NCBI GenBank assembly: GCA_963815215.1
Contig: CAWFFU010000008.1
Span: 32,001 to 96,000 of the forward strand
DNA length: 64,000 nt
Source of the DNA: an uncultured Trueperaceae bacterium
GTDB taxonomy: Bacteria; Deinococcota; Deinococci; Deinococcales; Trueperaceae
Direction: 5' to 3'
Below the pieces are notes generated by a model. It did not search any database, had not been told where the DNA came from, and saw only the letters and a list, made by a program, of their open reading frames with translations. The position numbers and the translations under genes were made by a program. This document shows, one piece after another, positions 39,925-49,728 of the stretch; within the stretch, counting starts at the first letter, position 1; each line of letters begins with the position of its first letter.

Positions 39925-41070
39925 TCACGCCCTGCGGAGCGTCTCGGGAACCCGGTAGGCGAAGACCCAGGCAGCACCCAGCCCCACGACGGCCACGGCC
40001 ACCGCCGCCAGCCCCAGGTCCAGCACTTCCGCCACCACGCCCACCAGCAGCGGGCCCCCACTCGCGCCCGCGTCCCCCACCAGGTTCCACACGCCGAGGA
40101 ACTCGCCCAGTGCCTCACGGGGTGCCAGGTCGGCGCCCAGCGTCATCATGGTGCCGGCGCTCAGCCCGTTGCCGAGCCCGAGCGCGACGGCCACCACCAG
40201 CAGTCCCACGAAGCCGTGGGTGAGCGGTACCAGCGCCAGCCCCACGGCCTGCGCCAGGAAGCTGGGCACGATGGCGAACTTCCGTCCCCAGCGGTCCATC
40301 AGCCACCCTGCCGGGTAGAACAACGACAGGTCGGCGAAGGCCGATGCGGAGAGGATGATCCCGACGGTCCCGACGTCGAGGCCGAGAACCTGGCTGGCGT
40401 ACAGCGGCAGCAACACCTTGCGCCCGGCCCGCAGCATCTGGGCCATCAACTGCGCCAGCCCAGCGGTCGACAGCACGCCGGCGAACTGCCGCACGGCGGC
40501 GAAGCCGGACGCCGCCGCCTTCCGCGGCTGTGGCGGGCTGGATGGCACGAAGCGCAACACCCCCAGCAGCGCCACCAACGCCACCGCGCCGTAGAGCACG
40601 AACGGCGCGCGCAGTCCGAACGCCGCCGCGACCAGTCCGCCGATCGCGGGACCCAGGAAGGCCCCGGCACGGCTGACCCCACCGAAGGTGGAGATCGCCC
40701 GCCCGCGCTTGCCGTTGTGGGTCGCCTCGGTGAGGAAGGCGTGGCGCGAGAGGTTGAACAGCGCCAGCCCGAAGCCCGATGTCAAGCGCAGCGCGATGAC
40801 CGGCAACACGCCGTGGCTGGGCACCAGCAGCAGCACCGACGCGCCGACCAGGGCCAACCCGCCCGCCATGACGACCTTCCCGCTGAAGCGCCTCAGGAGC
40901 GCGCCTGCGGGCACGTCGGCGATGAGCGTCCCGATGGCCTCGGCGCCCAGCACCAACCCCACCACGCTCAGCGACGCATGCAGGCTGCTGGCGAACAGCG
41001 GCAACGTCGGAACGAGCATGCCGTTGCAGAACGACAACAGCAACGCTGGGAGGTAGACGGCGGTGATCAC
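39925..41070 (-). CDS. MFS transporter
   Basis: about 12 TM segments, MDRWGRK motif. Confidence 0.88.
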   Translation of the reverse strand: MITAVYLPALLLSFCNGMLVPTLPLFASSLHASLSVVGLVLGAEAIGTLIADVPAGALLRRFSGKVVMAGGLALVGASVLLLVPSHGVLPVIALRLTSGFGLALFNLSRHAFLTEATHNGKRGRAISTFGGVSRAGAFLGPAIGGLVAAAFGLRAPFVLYGAVALVALLGVLRFVPSSPPQPRKAAASGFAAVRQFAGVLSTAGLAQLMAQMLRAGRKVLLPLYASQVLGLDVGTVGIILSASAFADLSLFYPAGWLMDRWGRKFAIVPSFLAQAVGLALVPLTHGFVGLLVVAVALGLGNGLSAGTMMTLGADLAPREALGEFLGVWNLVGDAGASGGPLLVGVVAEVLDLGLAAVAVAVVGLGAAWVFAYRVPETLRRA

Positions 41071-41267
41071 GGCGATCCTGGAGCGTGGTGGCGGCCGGAC
41101 CCGCGGCGGGCCGGCGGCGCGACGCCGGAGGCGAGTCTACCTCCGGGGACCGCGTGCGACCTGGGGCGCGAGCGCTCGCACGAGGACACGCCAGGCGCCG
41201 ACGCCAAAATGATGGGCGCCGCCCCGTCGGCGGCGCCCAACCCCGGAGAGGAGTCCTTCAGAAGCCT

Positions 41268-41561
41268 TCAGGCCCGCAACGGCCCGTCGGCACCCGCAGG
41301 CAACTGGAGCACGACGCGCCGGTCCTCGACACGGCGCGAGTGGCCGGCCCAGCTCACCACGTCGTTGAACGACAGCAGCAGCATGGTGACGAGCGCGGTC
41401 TGCATCCACGCGTCCTCGCTGTCTCGAACCCGAAGGCGCAGGGAAGCGGCCGCCGCGTCGTACTGCACTTCGCAGCGTGCCGCCTGCAGGCGGCGCACGA
41501 GTTGGCGCAGGCGCTGGGCCGAGCCTTCCTCGTGGATCGCAGCCTGATATTCGTAGAGCAT
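41268..41561 (-). CDS. hypothetical protein (97 aa)
   Basis: GGAGG RBS before ATG; fills gap. Confidence 0.5.
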   Translation of the reverse strand: MLYEYQAAIHEEGSAQRLRQLVRRLQAARCEVQYDAAAASLRLRVRDSEDAWMQTALVTMLLLSFNDVVSWAGHSRRVEDRRVVLQLPAGADGPLRA

Positions 41562-41691
41562 CCGGGACCTCCGAGACCGATCACAACGCGAGTCGACGAC
41601 CGTCCGACGCATGGCTGGCTTGCGCACAGCGTAGGTTCGTGGCCTCGGCACGAGCCAGGGCCAATTGTCCTCCAGCGGTCGGGCGCGTTCC

Positions 41692-42852
41692 TCAGGCGGC
41701 CTTCGTCCCGGACGGCACGGTTGTCGTCGTGGGCCGAGACCCGTGCAGCCGGAGCGCGCGCTCGTAGAACCCCACCAGGACGCGTGTGCTGCCCTCCCAC
41801 GACCACAGCAGGCTGTCGCGCCGGCCGCGCTCGGCGATGCGGCGACGGCGGTCGGGATCGTCGATCAGCTCCCGCAGCGCCCGCGCCAACGCAGCACCCT
41901 CACCCGGCTCGACCAGGACACCGTTATCGCCGTCGCGAACGATGTGCGGGATGCCGCCGGCGCGGGCGGCGACCACGCACACGCCGGCCGCCATGGCCTC
42001 GATCGCAGCGAAGCCGAGCGTCTCCGAGTCCGACGGGAAGGCGAACAGGTCCCCGCTCGCGTAGGCGGCCGACAGCTCATCGCCTTCCAGGAAGCCGGTG
42101 AACACCGTGTCGGTGCCGGTCAGCTCGCGCCGCAGCCAGTCCAGCGCAGGTCCCTCCCCCACCACCGCGAAGCGCACCCCGGCCAAGCGCCTCACCGCGT
42201 CGGCCAGCACATCGACGCGCTTCTCGAACGACACCCGGCCGGCGTACACGACCAGCGGCCGCTCCGGCTCGCCGCCGCTGAGGCGCGCCCGCATGGCATC
42301 CGTTGCCTTGCCCGGGTCGAAGCGCCGGCTGTCGACCGCCTTGGGCCACAGCCGCACCCGCCGGATGTGCAGGCCGCGCGCCAGCTCGACCATCTGCGGG
42401 CTGGTGCACAGGGTCACGTCGGCAAGGTTGTGCACCTCGCGGTCGACGATTTCGAGCGGGCGTTCCAACCACCCCAGGCCCAACCGCCGCACCACCTTGG
42501 GATCGGTGTGGAAGCTGGCGACCAGCGGCAGCCGCCGGCGGCGCGCCCACAGCGCACCCCAGCTCCCGAACACCACCGGGTTGACGACGTGCACCACGTC
42601 CGGGTCGAAGGCGGCGGCGGCGGCCGCCAACCGCGTCGACGGGAGTGCAACCCTCAGTTCGGGGTACCACGGGAAGGGCAGTCCGGGCGCCGCCACCACC
42701 GCGTAGCGGCCGTAGCGCTCCGGAGCCGCGGGCGGCGCCAGGACCAGCACCTCGTGGCCCAGCTCCTGGAGGGCGTCCAGGGTGTGGACGAGGCGCGTCA
42801 CGACGCCGTCGACCTTGGGGAGGAACGTCTCGGTGATGATCGCGATGCGCAC
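41692..42852 (-). CDS. GT4 glycosyltransferase (SqdX/MgtA-like)
   Basis: MRIAIITETFLPKVDGV, GRVSFEK, ETLGFAAIEAMAAG. Confidence 0.88.
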   Translation of the reverse strand: MRIAIITETFLPKVDGVVTRLVHTLDALQELGHEVLVLAPPAAPERYGRYAVVAAPGLPFPWYPELRVALPSTRLAAAAAAFDPDVVHVVNPVVFGSWGALWARRRRLPLVASFHTDPKVVRRLGLGWLERPLEIVDREVHNLADVTLCTSPQMVELARGLHIRRVRLWPKAVDSRRFDPGKATDAMRARLSGGEPERPLVVYAGRVSFEKRVDVLADAVRRLAGVRFAVVGEGPALDWLRRELTGTDTVFTGFLEGDELSAAYASGDLFAFPSDSETLGFAAIEAMAAGVCVVAARAGGIPHIVRDGDNGVLVEPGEGAALARALRELIDDPDRRRRIAERGRRDSLLWSWEGSTRVLVGFYERALRLHGSRPTTTTVPSGTKAA

Positions 42853-42942
42853 GGCTCGATCCCAGCTCTGTCCAGGGATTCTAACGTAGCCGGGGCGCGC
42901 GCTCGCCTACCGTCACGCCTTGCCTCCGCCCGCCGAGCACAC

Positions 42943-42971
42943 GGGACCCGGCGCTCGGCGCATCGGGTCCC
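42943..42971 (-). terminator. hairpin downstream of oxidoreductase beta subunit
   Basis: GGGACCCG...CGGGTCCC stem with internal GCGC pairing. Confidence 0.5.
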
Positions 42972-43032
42972 GCAGTCCGGCCGGCGGCCGCGGCGGAGGG
43001 AGCTCGGCGCGCGCTCCCTCTCGCCTGGCCAC

Positions 43033-44064
43033 TCAGTTGTAGGCGCTCATCAGCTCGTCGAGCTGCTCCCTCGTCGGCCGCAGCAGATCGTCGCCGAGCG
43101 AGGAGAGGGCGCGGCCGTTGAGGCCGCTCACTTCGGCGAGCGATGGCCGGCTCTGGTCGTAGTAGATCAGGCCGGTGATGAACTCGTGGCTGTCCTCGGC
43201 CTTCTGCAGGCGCTGCATGGCCGCTCCCTTATCGGTGGGATCGTAGTTGGCCTCGAGGTTGTGGAGCTTGATCTTCGAGCCGTCGTGGAGCTGCACCGTG
43301 GTGGTCTCACCGGGCTCCTGCGCGTCGATGATGATCTCCTCGTCCGCGGGGAAGAAGCCGATGTCCTGCAGGGCATGCTCGTGCTCGCGGCCGTAGCTGT
43401 AGCTCTTGGGCGACTCGTCCTCGTTGTTGAACGCGACACAAGGGCTGATGATGTCGAGCACGGCCGTGCCGCGATGGCTGAGGGCGGCCTTGAGCAACTC
43501 GCGCACCTGTTTGGCGTCGCCGGCGAAGCTGCGCGCCACGAAGCCCGCGCCCGCCACCAGCGCCTCCATGCAGAGGTCGATGGCCGGGAAGTCGTTGTGG
43601 CCCGCGTACTTGAGGTCCTGCCCGTAGTCGGCGGTGGCTGAGAACTGCCCCTTGGTGAGGCCGTACACACCGTTGTTCTCGACGACGTAGACCATCCGCA
43701 CGTTGCGCCGCACCAGATGCTTGAACTGTCCCATGCCGATGCTACCGGTGTCACCGTCACCACTGATGCCCAGGCCGCGCAGGGTGTGGTTGGCCGTGAG
43801 CGCGCCGGTCGCCAGTGAGGGCATCCGACCGTGCAGCCCGTTGAAGCCGTGCGACTGACCCAGGAAGTAGGTGGGGGACTTGCTCGAGCAGCCGATACCC
43901 GACAGCTTGATGATCTCGTGCGGCTTCAGGTTGAGCTCGTACGCCACCTGGATGACCTGGTTGGCGATCGAGTTGTGGCCGCAGCCCTTGCACAACGTCG
44001 AGGCCTGGCCGGCGTAGTCCGCCTTCGACATGCCCAGCAGGTTGACCTTCATGGTGCGTTCCAT
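43033..44064 (-). CDS. 2-oxoacid:ferredoxin oxidoreductase beta subunit
   Basis: CKGCGH, SGIGCS, LHGR, SGDGD, NNGVYGLTKGQ. Confidence 0.93.
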   Translation of the reverse strand: MERTMKVNLLGMSKADYAGQASTLCKGCGHNSIANQVIQVAYELNLKPHEIIKLSGIGCSSKSPTYFLGQSHGFNGLHGRMPSLATGALTANHTLRGLGISGDGDTGSIGMGQFKHLVRRNVRMVYVVENNGVYGLTKGQFSATADYGQDLKYAGHNDFPAIDLCMEALVAGAGFVARSFAGDAKQVRELLKAALSHRGTAVLDIISPCVAFNNEDESPKSYSYGREHEHALQDIGFFPADEEIIIDAQEPGETTTVQLHDGSKIKLHNLEANYDPTDKGAAMQRLQKAEDSHEFITGLIYYDQSRPSLAEVSGLNGRALSSLGDDLLRPTREQLDELMSAYN

Positions 44065-44068
44065 GACC

Positions 44069-45901
44069 TCAGTCCCGTCCTTCCGCCAGGGTCGCGAGGA
44101 TCTTCTCGCGCACCCACGCCGCCGTCCAGGGCATACCGTCCAGGAAGGCGACCGACTCGAGCCTCGTGGCGCAGTTGTGACACTCGGCCTTCAGGATCTC
44201 GAAGAGCTGCCCGTCGCGGTTCATCTCCATGACCACGACCCGGTCGTGGGCCTGGATGAACGCGCGCACCTCGTCGCCGATCGGCAGGGCCTTGAGGCGC
44301 AAGAAATCGGTGGGGATGTCCTCGGCGGCGAGCTGATCGCGCGCCTCTTCGATGGCGTAGCGGGTCGTTCCGAACGCCAGGATCCCGAGCTTCGCGCCCG
44401 CCATCTCATCGAGCACCGGCTTGGGGACCAGTGCGCGGGCGGTGTCGAACTTCCGGACCAGCCGGTCCATGTTCTCGGTCCAATCCTCCGGCCGCTCGCT
44501 GTACAGCGCGGCGTCGTTGTGACCAGTGCCGCGCGCGAAGTAGGCCGACATGGCGTTGGTGTTGCCAGGAAGCGTACGGAAGGGGATGCCGTCGCCGTCG
44601 ATGTCACGGTAACGGGCGAAGCCGCGCTCCTCGACCTCTTCGGCGCTGAGCACCTTGCCGCGCCGGATCGGGGTGTCCGGGTACGCGAACGGCTCGCCCA
44701 TCCAGTTGTTCATGCCCAGATCGAGGTCGGACAGCACGAAGACCGGCGTCTGCAGGGTGTCGGCCAGGTCGTGGGCCTTGTACCCCAGCTCGAACGCCTC
44801 CTCGATGCTGGACGGAAGCAGCACCGGGTGCCGGGTGTCGCCGTGACCGAGGTGGTAGGCGAAGCCCAGATCGCCCTGGCTGGTACGGGTCGGCAGGCCG
44901 GTGCTGGGGCCGACGCGCTGGACGTCCCAGATGACCCCCGGGACCTCGGCGAAGTAGCCCAGGCCGATGTACTCGGCCATCAGGGAGATGCCGGGCCCCG
45001 AGGTCGCCGTCACGGCGCGCGCTCCGGCCCAGCCCGCACCGATCACCATGCCGATGGCGGCGAGCTCGTCCTCGGCCTGCACCACCGCGAAGGTGGGGGA
45101 GCCGTCGGGCGCCATGCGCAACTTCGCGGCGTGCTCCCGGAACGAGTCGATGAAGCTGGTGGACGGGGTGATGGGGTACCAGGCGGCCACACTGGCGCCG
45201 CCGAACAGCGATCCGATCGCCCCCGCCTCGTTGCCGTTCATCAGGATGAGGCCCTCGGTGGCGTCCATCGGCTCGACCCGGAAGGGGTCCTTCTTGATCA
45301 GATTGGCCTCGGCCCACTGGTAGCTGTCGCGGACGACGGCCATGTTGCTGTCGATCAGCTTCTGGCGGCGCCAGAAGTGGAACTCCAGCGCCTCCTCGAC
45401 CGTCTCCAGCGAGACGCCGAGCAGCCAGGCCGCCACCCCGACGTAGGTCATGTTGGCAACGTAATCGCGCAGCTTGCCCTTGAGCGGGTTGCCCTTGAGC
45501 AGCTCCTTGACCGGCACGCCGTAGTACACGAGATCCTGGCGACCGGTGTCGGCGTTCAGATCGTCGTTGAAGATACAGACGCCGCCGGCAGGCAGGTTGG
45601 CCACGTCCTTGGCCACGGTAGCGGCGTTGAAGGCCACCAGGATCTCGGCCGGCCGACGGGCGATGTAGCCCTTGTGGCTGACGCGGATGTTGTACCAGGT
45701 CGGGAGACCTTGGATGTTGGACGGGAAGATGTTCTTGCCGTGAACCGGGATACCCATCTTGAAGAAGCTGCGTAGCAACGTCAGATTGGCGGTCTGGCTG
45801 CCGGTTCCGTTCGCGGTGGCGACCGCGATCGAGAAGTCGTTGACGACCGCCTCGACGGCCTGGTCGGGCGCGGGTCTGGTTATCGGTTCAGTGACACCCA
45901 T
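44069..45901 (-). CDS. 2-oxoacid:ferredoxin oxidoreductase alpha subunit
   Basis: WYPITPS, QAEDELAA, ATSGPG, QRVGPSTGLPT. Confidence 0.93.
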   Translation of the reverse strand: MGVTEPITRPAPDQAVEAVVNDFSIAVATANGTGSQTANLTLLRSFFKMGIPVHGKNIFPSNIQGLPTWYNIRVSHKGYIARRPAEILVAFNAATVAKDVANLPAGGVCIFNDDLNADTGRQDLVYYGVPVKELLKGNPLKGKLRDYVANMTYVGVAAWLLGVSLETVEEALEFHFWRRQKLIDSNMAVVRDSYQWAEANLIKKDPFRVEPMDATEGLILMNGNEAGAIGSLFGGASVAAWYPITPSTSFIDSFREHAAKLRMAPDGSPTFAVVQAEDELAAIGMVIGAGWAGARAVTATSGPGISLMAEYIGLGYFAEVPGVIWDVQRVGPSTGLPTRTSQGDLGFAYHLGHGDTRHPVLLPSSIEEAFELGYKAHDLADTLQTPVFVLSDLDLGMNNWMGEPFAYPDTPIRRGKVLSAEEVEERGFARYRDIDGDGIPFRTLPGNTNAMSAYFARGTGHNDAALYSERPEDWTENMDRLVRKFDTARALVPKPVLDEMAGAKLGILAFGTTRYAIEEARDQLAAEDIPTDFLRLKALPIGDEVRAFIQAHDRVVVMEMNRDGQLFEILKAECHNCATRLESVAFLDGMPWTAAWVREKILATLAEGRD

Positions 45902-46100
45902 GGTCTACCAACTCCTACGTCCGACCCCAGCCAACCCGCGGCTCGCTCGCGAGCCTGGACCGACCGGGGCCTAAACGGTGGTTCCACCACTTCATACTAT
46001 TCCTGGCGCGACGTCGCGCCTGCCGTCGTACCTTCACGTTGACACAGCCTCTTCCGTGGAGCGGTTGGGAGTTGTGCGGCTGCCTCCGCGAGCACGATAG

Positions 46101-46122
46101 CGCCCACCCCGTGGGGTGGGCG
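46101..46122. terminator. GC hairpin, probable recA terminator
   Basis: CGCCCACCCC-GT-GGGGTGGGCG inverted repeat. Confidence 0.55.
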
Positions 46123-46159
46123 TGGGACATCTGTCACGTTGGGACACGAGCCCCTGGTC

Positions 46160-46224
46160 GCGGGCGTCGTGGCGGGCGTCGTAGCGGGCGTCGCGGCGGG
46201 CGTCGCGGCGGGCGTCGCGGCGGG
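46160..46224. repeat. 12-bp tandem repeat (GCGGGCGTCGYR), about 5.4 copies
   Basis: directly visible, just downstream of recA stop. Confidence 0.9.
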
Positions 46225-46256
46225 ACGCCGTCACGGCGGCCCCATGGGGCGAGCGC

Positions 46257-47333
46257 TCAGGCCTCCAGCGCGGCGTCCTCCCCCGCGTCGCCGGAGCCGA
46301 CCTCCTCGACGTCGTAGGCGGAGGCGTGGTGCACCTGCTTGCCGAGCTGGAGCTCGGCCATGACGCGTTCTCGGATCTCCCCGAGGACGTCCGGGTTCTG
46401 GCTCAGGAACTCAACCGTCTTCTCCTTGCCCTGCCCCAACCGCGTCTCCCCGAACGAGTACCACGACCCCGACTTCTGCACCACCTCCACATCACTCGCC
46501 ACATTCACCAGATCCCCCACCCGATCGATCCCCCGACCGAACATGATCTCCACCTCCGCCTCCCGAAAAGGCGGCGCCACCTTGTTCTTCGTCACCTTCA
46601 CCCGCACGCGGTTCCCCACCTTCTCCGCGCCCACCTTCACATCCCCCTTACGCCGCACCTCCATACGCACACTCGCATAGAACTTCAACGCCCGCCCCCC
46701 CGGCGTCACCTCCGGATTGCCGTACAACACCCCGATCTTCTCCCGCACCTGATTGATGAAAATCGCCGTCGACCGACTCTTCGACAACACCGCCGTCAAC
46801 TTCCGCAACGCCTGACTCATCAACCGCGCCTGCAACCCCACATGCGCGTCCCCCATCTCACCCTCGAGCTCCGCGCGCGGCGTCAACGCCGCCACACTAT
46901 CGATCACCACCACATCCACCGCGCCCGACCGCACCAACAACTCCACGATCTCCAACGCCTGCTCCCCCGAATCCGGCTGGCTCACCAACAACTGCTCGAT
47001 ATCCACCCCCAACGCCCGCGCATACGACGGATCCAACGCATGCTCCGCATCCACGAACGCCGCCACACCCCCCGCCGCCTGCGCCTCCGCCACCACATGC
47101 AACGCCAACGTCGTCTTCCCCCCAGCCTCAGGCCCATACACCTCCACCACCCGACCCCGAGGCACACCCCCCACCCCCAACGCCAGATCCACCGACAACG
47201 ACCCCGTCGAAATCACACCCGCCCCCAACAACCGAACCTGCTCCTCCCCCAAACGCATCACCGCGCCCTTACCAAACTGACGCTCGATCTGCGAGATAGC
47301 AGTATCCAGGGCCTTCCTACGCTGCTCGTCCAT
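46257..47333 (-). CDS. recA: recombinase RecA
   Basis: [61 protein letters not shown]. Confidence 0.98.
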   Translation of the reverse strand: MDEQRRKALDTAISQIERQFGKGAVMRLGEEQVRLLGAGVISTGSLSVDLALGVGGVPRGRVVEVYGPEAGGKTTLALHVVAEAQAAGGVAAFVDAEHALDPSYARALGVDIEQLLVSQPDSGEQALEIVELLVRSGAVDVVVIDSVAALTPRAELEGEMGDAHVGLQARLMSQALRKLTAVLSKSRSTAIFINQVREKIGVLYGNPEVTPGGRALKFYASVRMEVRRKGDVKVGAEKVGNRVRVKVTKNKVAPPFREAEVEIMFGRGIDRVGDLVNVASDVEVVQKSGSWYSFGETRLGQGKEKTVEFLSQNPDVLGEIRERVMAELQLGKQVHHASAYDVEEVGSGDAGEDAALEA

Positions 47334-47347
47334 GGTGATGCTCCCTC

Positions 47348-47423
47348 CGTGCCGGCGACTCGTGCCGCCGACTCGTGCCGCCGACTCGTGCCGGCGACTC
47401 GTGCCGCCGGACCCGTGCCGCCG
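47348..47423. repeat. 13-bp tandem repeat (CGTGCCGSCGACT), about 5.8 copies, in recA 5' UTR
   Basis: directly visible between recA promoter and RBS (GGAGGGAG). Confidence 0.9.
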
Positions 47424-47476
47424 CGCGTCGTCGGCGCGCGGGCGCAGCGGCTACGGCGGCGCCCGTCCGCGGAATA

Positions 47477-47512
47477 CCTTAAATACTAAGGGTTCGGAAG
47501 GGGTGTTGGCAA
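47477..47512 (-). promoter_or_regulatory. recA promoter with palindrome CCTTA-N5-TAAGG over the -10
   Basis: TTGCCA (47512-47507)-18 bp-TAGTAT (47488-47483); inverted repeat at 47477-47491. Confidence 0.7.
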
Positions 47513-47556
47513 GGGGCGAGCGCCCAGAGGCCCTCGGCACAGCCCCGTCGATCCGG

Positions 47557-48570
47557 CTAGGCCGCCAGCACCTGCCGCACCGCCTCGAGCACACGGCGCG
47601 CGTCGGGACGGTAGTGATGCTCGATGGCGCCGAACGGCGGGTAGGGAGCGTCCCAGCCCGCGACCCGCAGCACCGGCGCCTGCAACGACCAGATGGCGTC
47701 CTCGGCGATGCGCGCGGCGACCTCGGCGCCGAACCCTCCGATCTTGCGGGCCTCGTAGACCACCACCGCGCGGCCGGTCTTCTCGACCGACGCGAGCACG
47801 GTGTCGGCGTCGAACGGCGCGAGCGTCTCCAGGTCGATCACTTCGAGCTCCACGCCTTCGCGCGCAGCCACCTCGGCGGCCTTGAGGCACACCTCGACCA
47901 TGCCGCCGTAGGCGATGAGGGTCACGGCGTTCCCCGGCCGCACGATGCGCGCCTTGCCGAGCTCGATCCGGTAGTGTCCCGCGGGCACCTCCGCCTTGAC
48001 CGACCGGTAGAGCTTGATGGCCTCCAGGAAGAACACGGGGTCGGGGTCCTCGATGGCGGCGAGCAGCAGACCCTTGGCCCGCTCCGGGCTCGAAGGGATG
48101 ACCACCTTCACCCCCGGCACGTGCGCCAGGACCGCCTCCGGGGAGTCGGCGTGCTGCTCGGGCGTGTGCACGCCGCCACCGTAAGGGGCCCGGATCACCA
48201 TCGGCACCGTGAAGCGGCTGCGCGTCCGGTGCCGGTAGCGACCGAGGTGGGAGAGGATGTGGTCGAGCGCCGGATACAGGAAGCCGGCGAACTGGATCTC
48301 GGCCACCGGCCGCATCCCCGCCAACGCCAGGCCGATCCCGTAGCCGACGATACCGGCCTCGGACAGCGGGGTGTCGAACACCCGCCGTTCACCGTAGGCG
48401 TCCCGAAGCCCGTCGCTCACGCGGAACACGCCACCCATGCCCACGTCCTCGCCGAACAGCAGCACCTGCGGGTCGCGCTCGAGCGCCACGTCGAGCGCGT
48501 CGTGGATCGCCTGCACCATGGTCATGCTGCGCACCCCGGCGCCCGCCGTTCCCTCGGCCGCCTCAACCAT
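47557..48570 (-). CDS. 2-oxoacid dehydrogenase E1 beta subunit
   Basis: [35 protein letters not shown]. Confidence 0.93.
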   Translation of the reverse strand: MVEAAEGTAGAGVRSMTMVQAIHDALDVALERDPQVLLFGEDVGMGGVFRVSDGLRDAYGERRVFDTPLSEAGIVGYGIGLALAGMRPVAEIQFAGFLYPALDHILSHLGRYRHRTRSRFTVPMVIRAPYGGGVHTPEQHADSPEAVLAHVPGVKVVIPSSPERAKGLLLAAIEDPDPVFFLEAIKLYRSVKAEVPAGHYRIELGKARIVRPGNAVTLIAYGGMVEVCLKAAEVAAREGVELEVIDLETLAPFDADTVLASVEKTGRAVVVYEARKIGGFGAEVAARIAEDAIWSLQAPVLRVAGWDAPYPPFGAIEHHYRPDARRVLEAVRQVLAA

Positions 48571-49597
48571 GACGCAGCACCTCCCAGGCGACGCGCGCAT
48601 CGGGCGTCATGCTCTCGAACACCTCTTCCACCAGCTCCTGCGGCTCGGGCTCCGGGGCCTCGTCTGCCTCCCGGACGGCCGTCCGCCACTCCTCGTTCAG
48701 CTCTTCCGCCATGGCCCGCTCGCGCTCATCGTCCCACGCCTCCATCGCGGTCAACGCCGTGCGCAGCCGCGCGACCGGGTCGCGGGCCTCCCAGGCGGCG
48801 GTGCTCTCGGCGCTGCGGTAGCGCTTGGGGTCGTCGCTGGAGGTGTGCGGGCCCATGCGGTAGGTCACAGCTTCGATGAGGGTCGGCCCCTCGCCGTCGC
48901 GGGCGCGCTGAACCGCCTCACGCGCGGCGTGCCACACCGCGGTCACATCGTTGCCGTCGACCACCACCCCGGGGATGCCGTACCCGGCCGCACGATCGGC
49001 GATGCGCGGGTTGCGCATCTGCTTGGCGGTGGGCACGCTGATCGCCCAGCCGTTGTTCTCCACCAGCAGCACCAGCGGGGCCGAGAACACGGCGGCGAAG
49101 TTCAGGGCCTCGTGGAAGTCGCCCTCGCTGGTGCCACCGTCACCGATGGTCGTGAGCGCCACCCAATCCGCGTCCTGGTACCGCCCCGCCGACGCCACCC
49201 CTACGGCATGCAGGAGCTGCGTGGCGATGGGGATGTAGAACGGCAGGATGCGCAGGTCGTCCGGGTAGCGCCAGCCGGCCGGCGTAGCGCGCCAGTAGAG
49301 GATGGCCTGGCTCATGGGCAACCCATGGGTCAGGGCCGCGCCGGTGTCCCGGTAGCTCGGCACCAGCCAGTCGTCGGCCGCTAGCGCCAGTGCCGCCCCG
49401 ACCTGGGCGGCCTCCTGGCCGCGGTAGGGAGGGTAGACGCCGAGTCGGCCCTGGCGTTGCAGGGTCATGGCCCGCTCGTCGAAGACGCGGGCCCGGACCA
49501 TGGCGCGGTAGCCGCGAACCAGCTCGTCCACCGAGAACGGGAGCCGGTCGGCTCTGCCGCCGTCTTCCGCGATGAAGCGCAACGGTTCCATAGTCAT
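48563..49597 (-). CDS. 2-oxoacid dehydrogenase E1 alpha subunit
   Basis: [40 protein letters not shown]. Confidence 0.93.
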   Translation of the reverse strand: MTMEPLRFIAEDGGRADRLPFSVDELVRGYRAMVRARVFDERAMTLQRQGRLGVYPPYRGQEAAQVGAALALAADDWLVPSYRDTGAALTHGLPMSQAILYWRATPAGWRYPDDLRILPFYIPIATQLLHAVGVASAGRYQDADWVALTTIGDGGTSEGDFHEALNFAAVFSAPLVLLVENNGWAISVPTAKQMRNPRIADRAAGYGIPGVVVDGNDVTAVWHAAREAVQRARDGEGPTLIEAVTYRMGPHTSSDDPKRYRSAESTAAWEARDPVARLRTALTAMEAWDDERERAMAEELNEEWRTAVREADEAPEPEPQELVEEVFESMTPDARVAWEVLRHG

Positions 49598-49728
49598 CTC
49601 CTGGTGCCGCCGTGGGGAGCCGGTCCTCCACAGGGATTGGGTCTCGCCGGTAGGCTAACCCACGAGCGCCAAGCGCTCCGCTATCGGGCGCTCAGGCCGG
49701 TCAGGCGCGTCGTTCGCCATTGCGCCGC

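Noticed and set aside
47348..47423. Repeat arrays as CRISPR
   Set aside because: Units are 12-15 bp, head-to-tail with no unique spacers, and no cas genes are present.
47470..47495. Deinococcus RDRM or canonical LexA box at recA
   Set aside because: The palindrome does not match these consensuses, so it is reported as an unknown operator instead.
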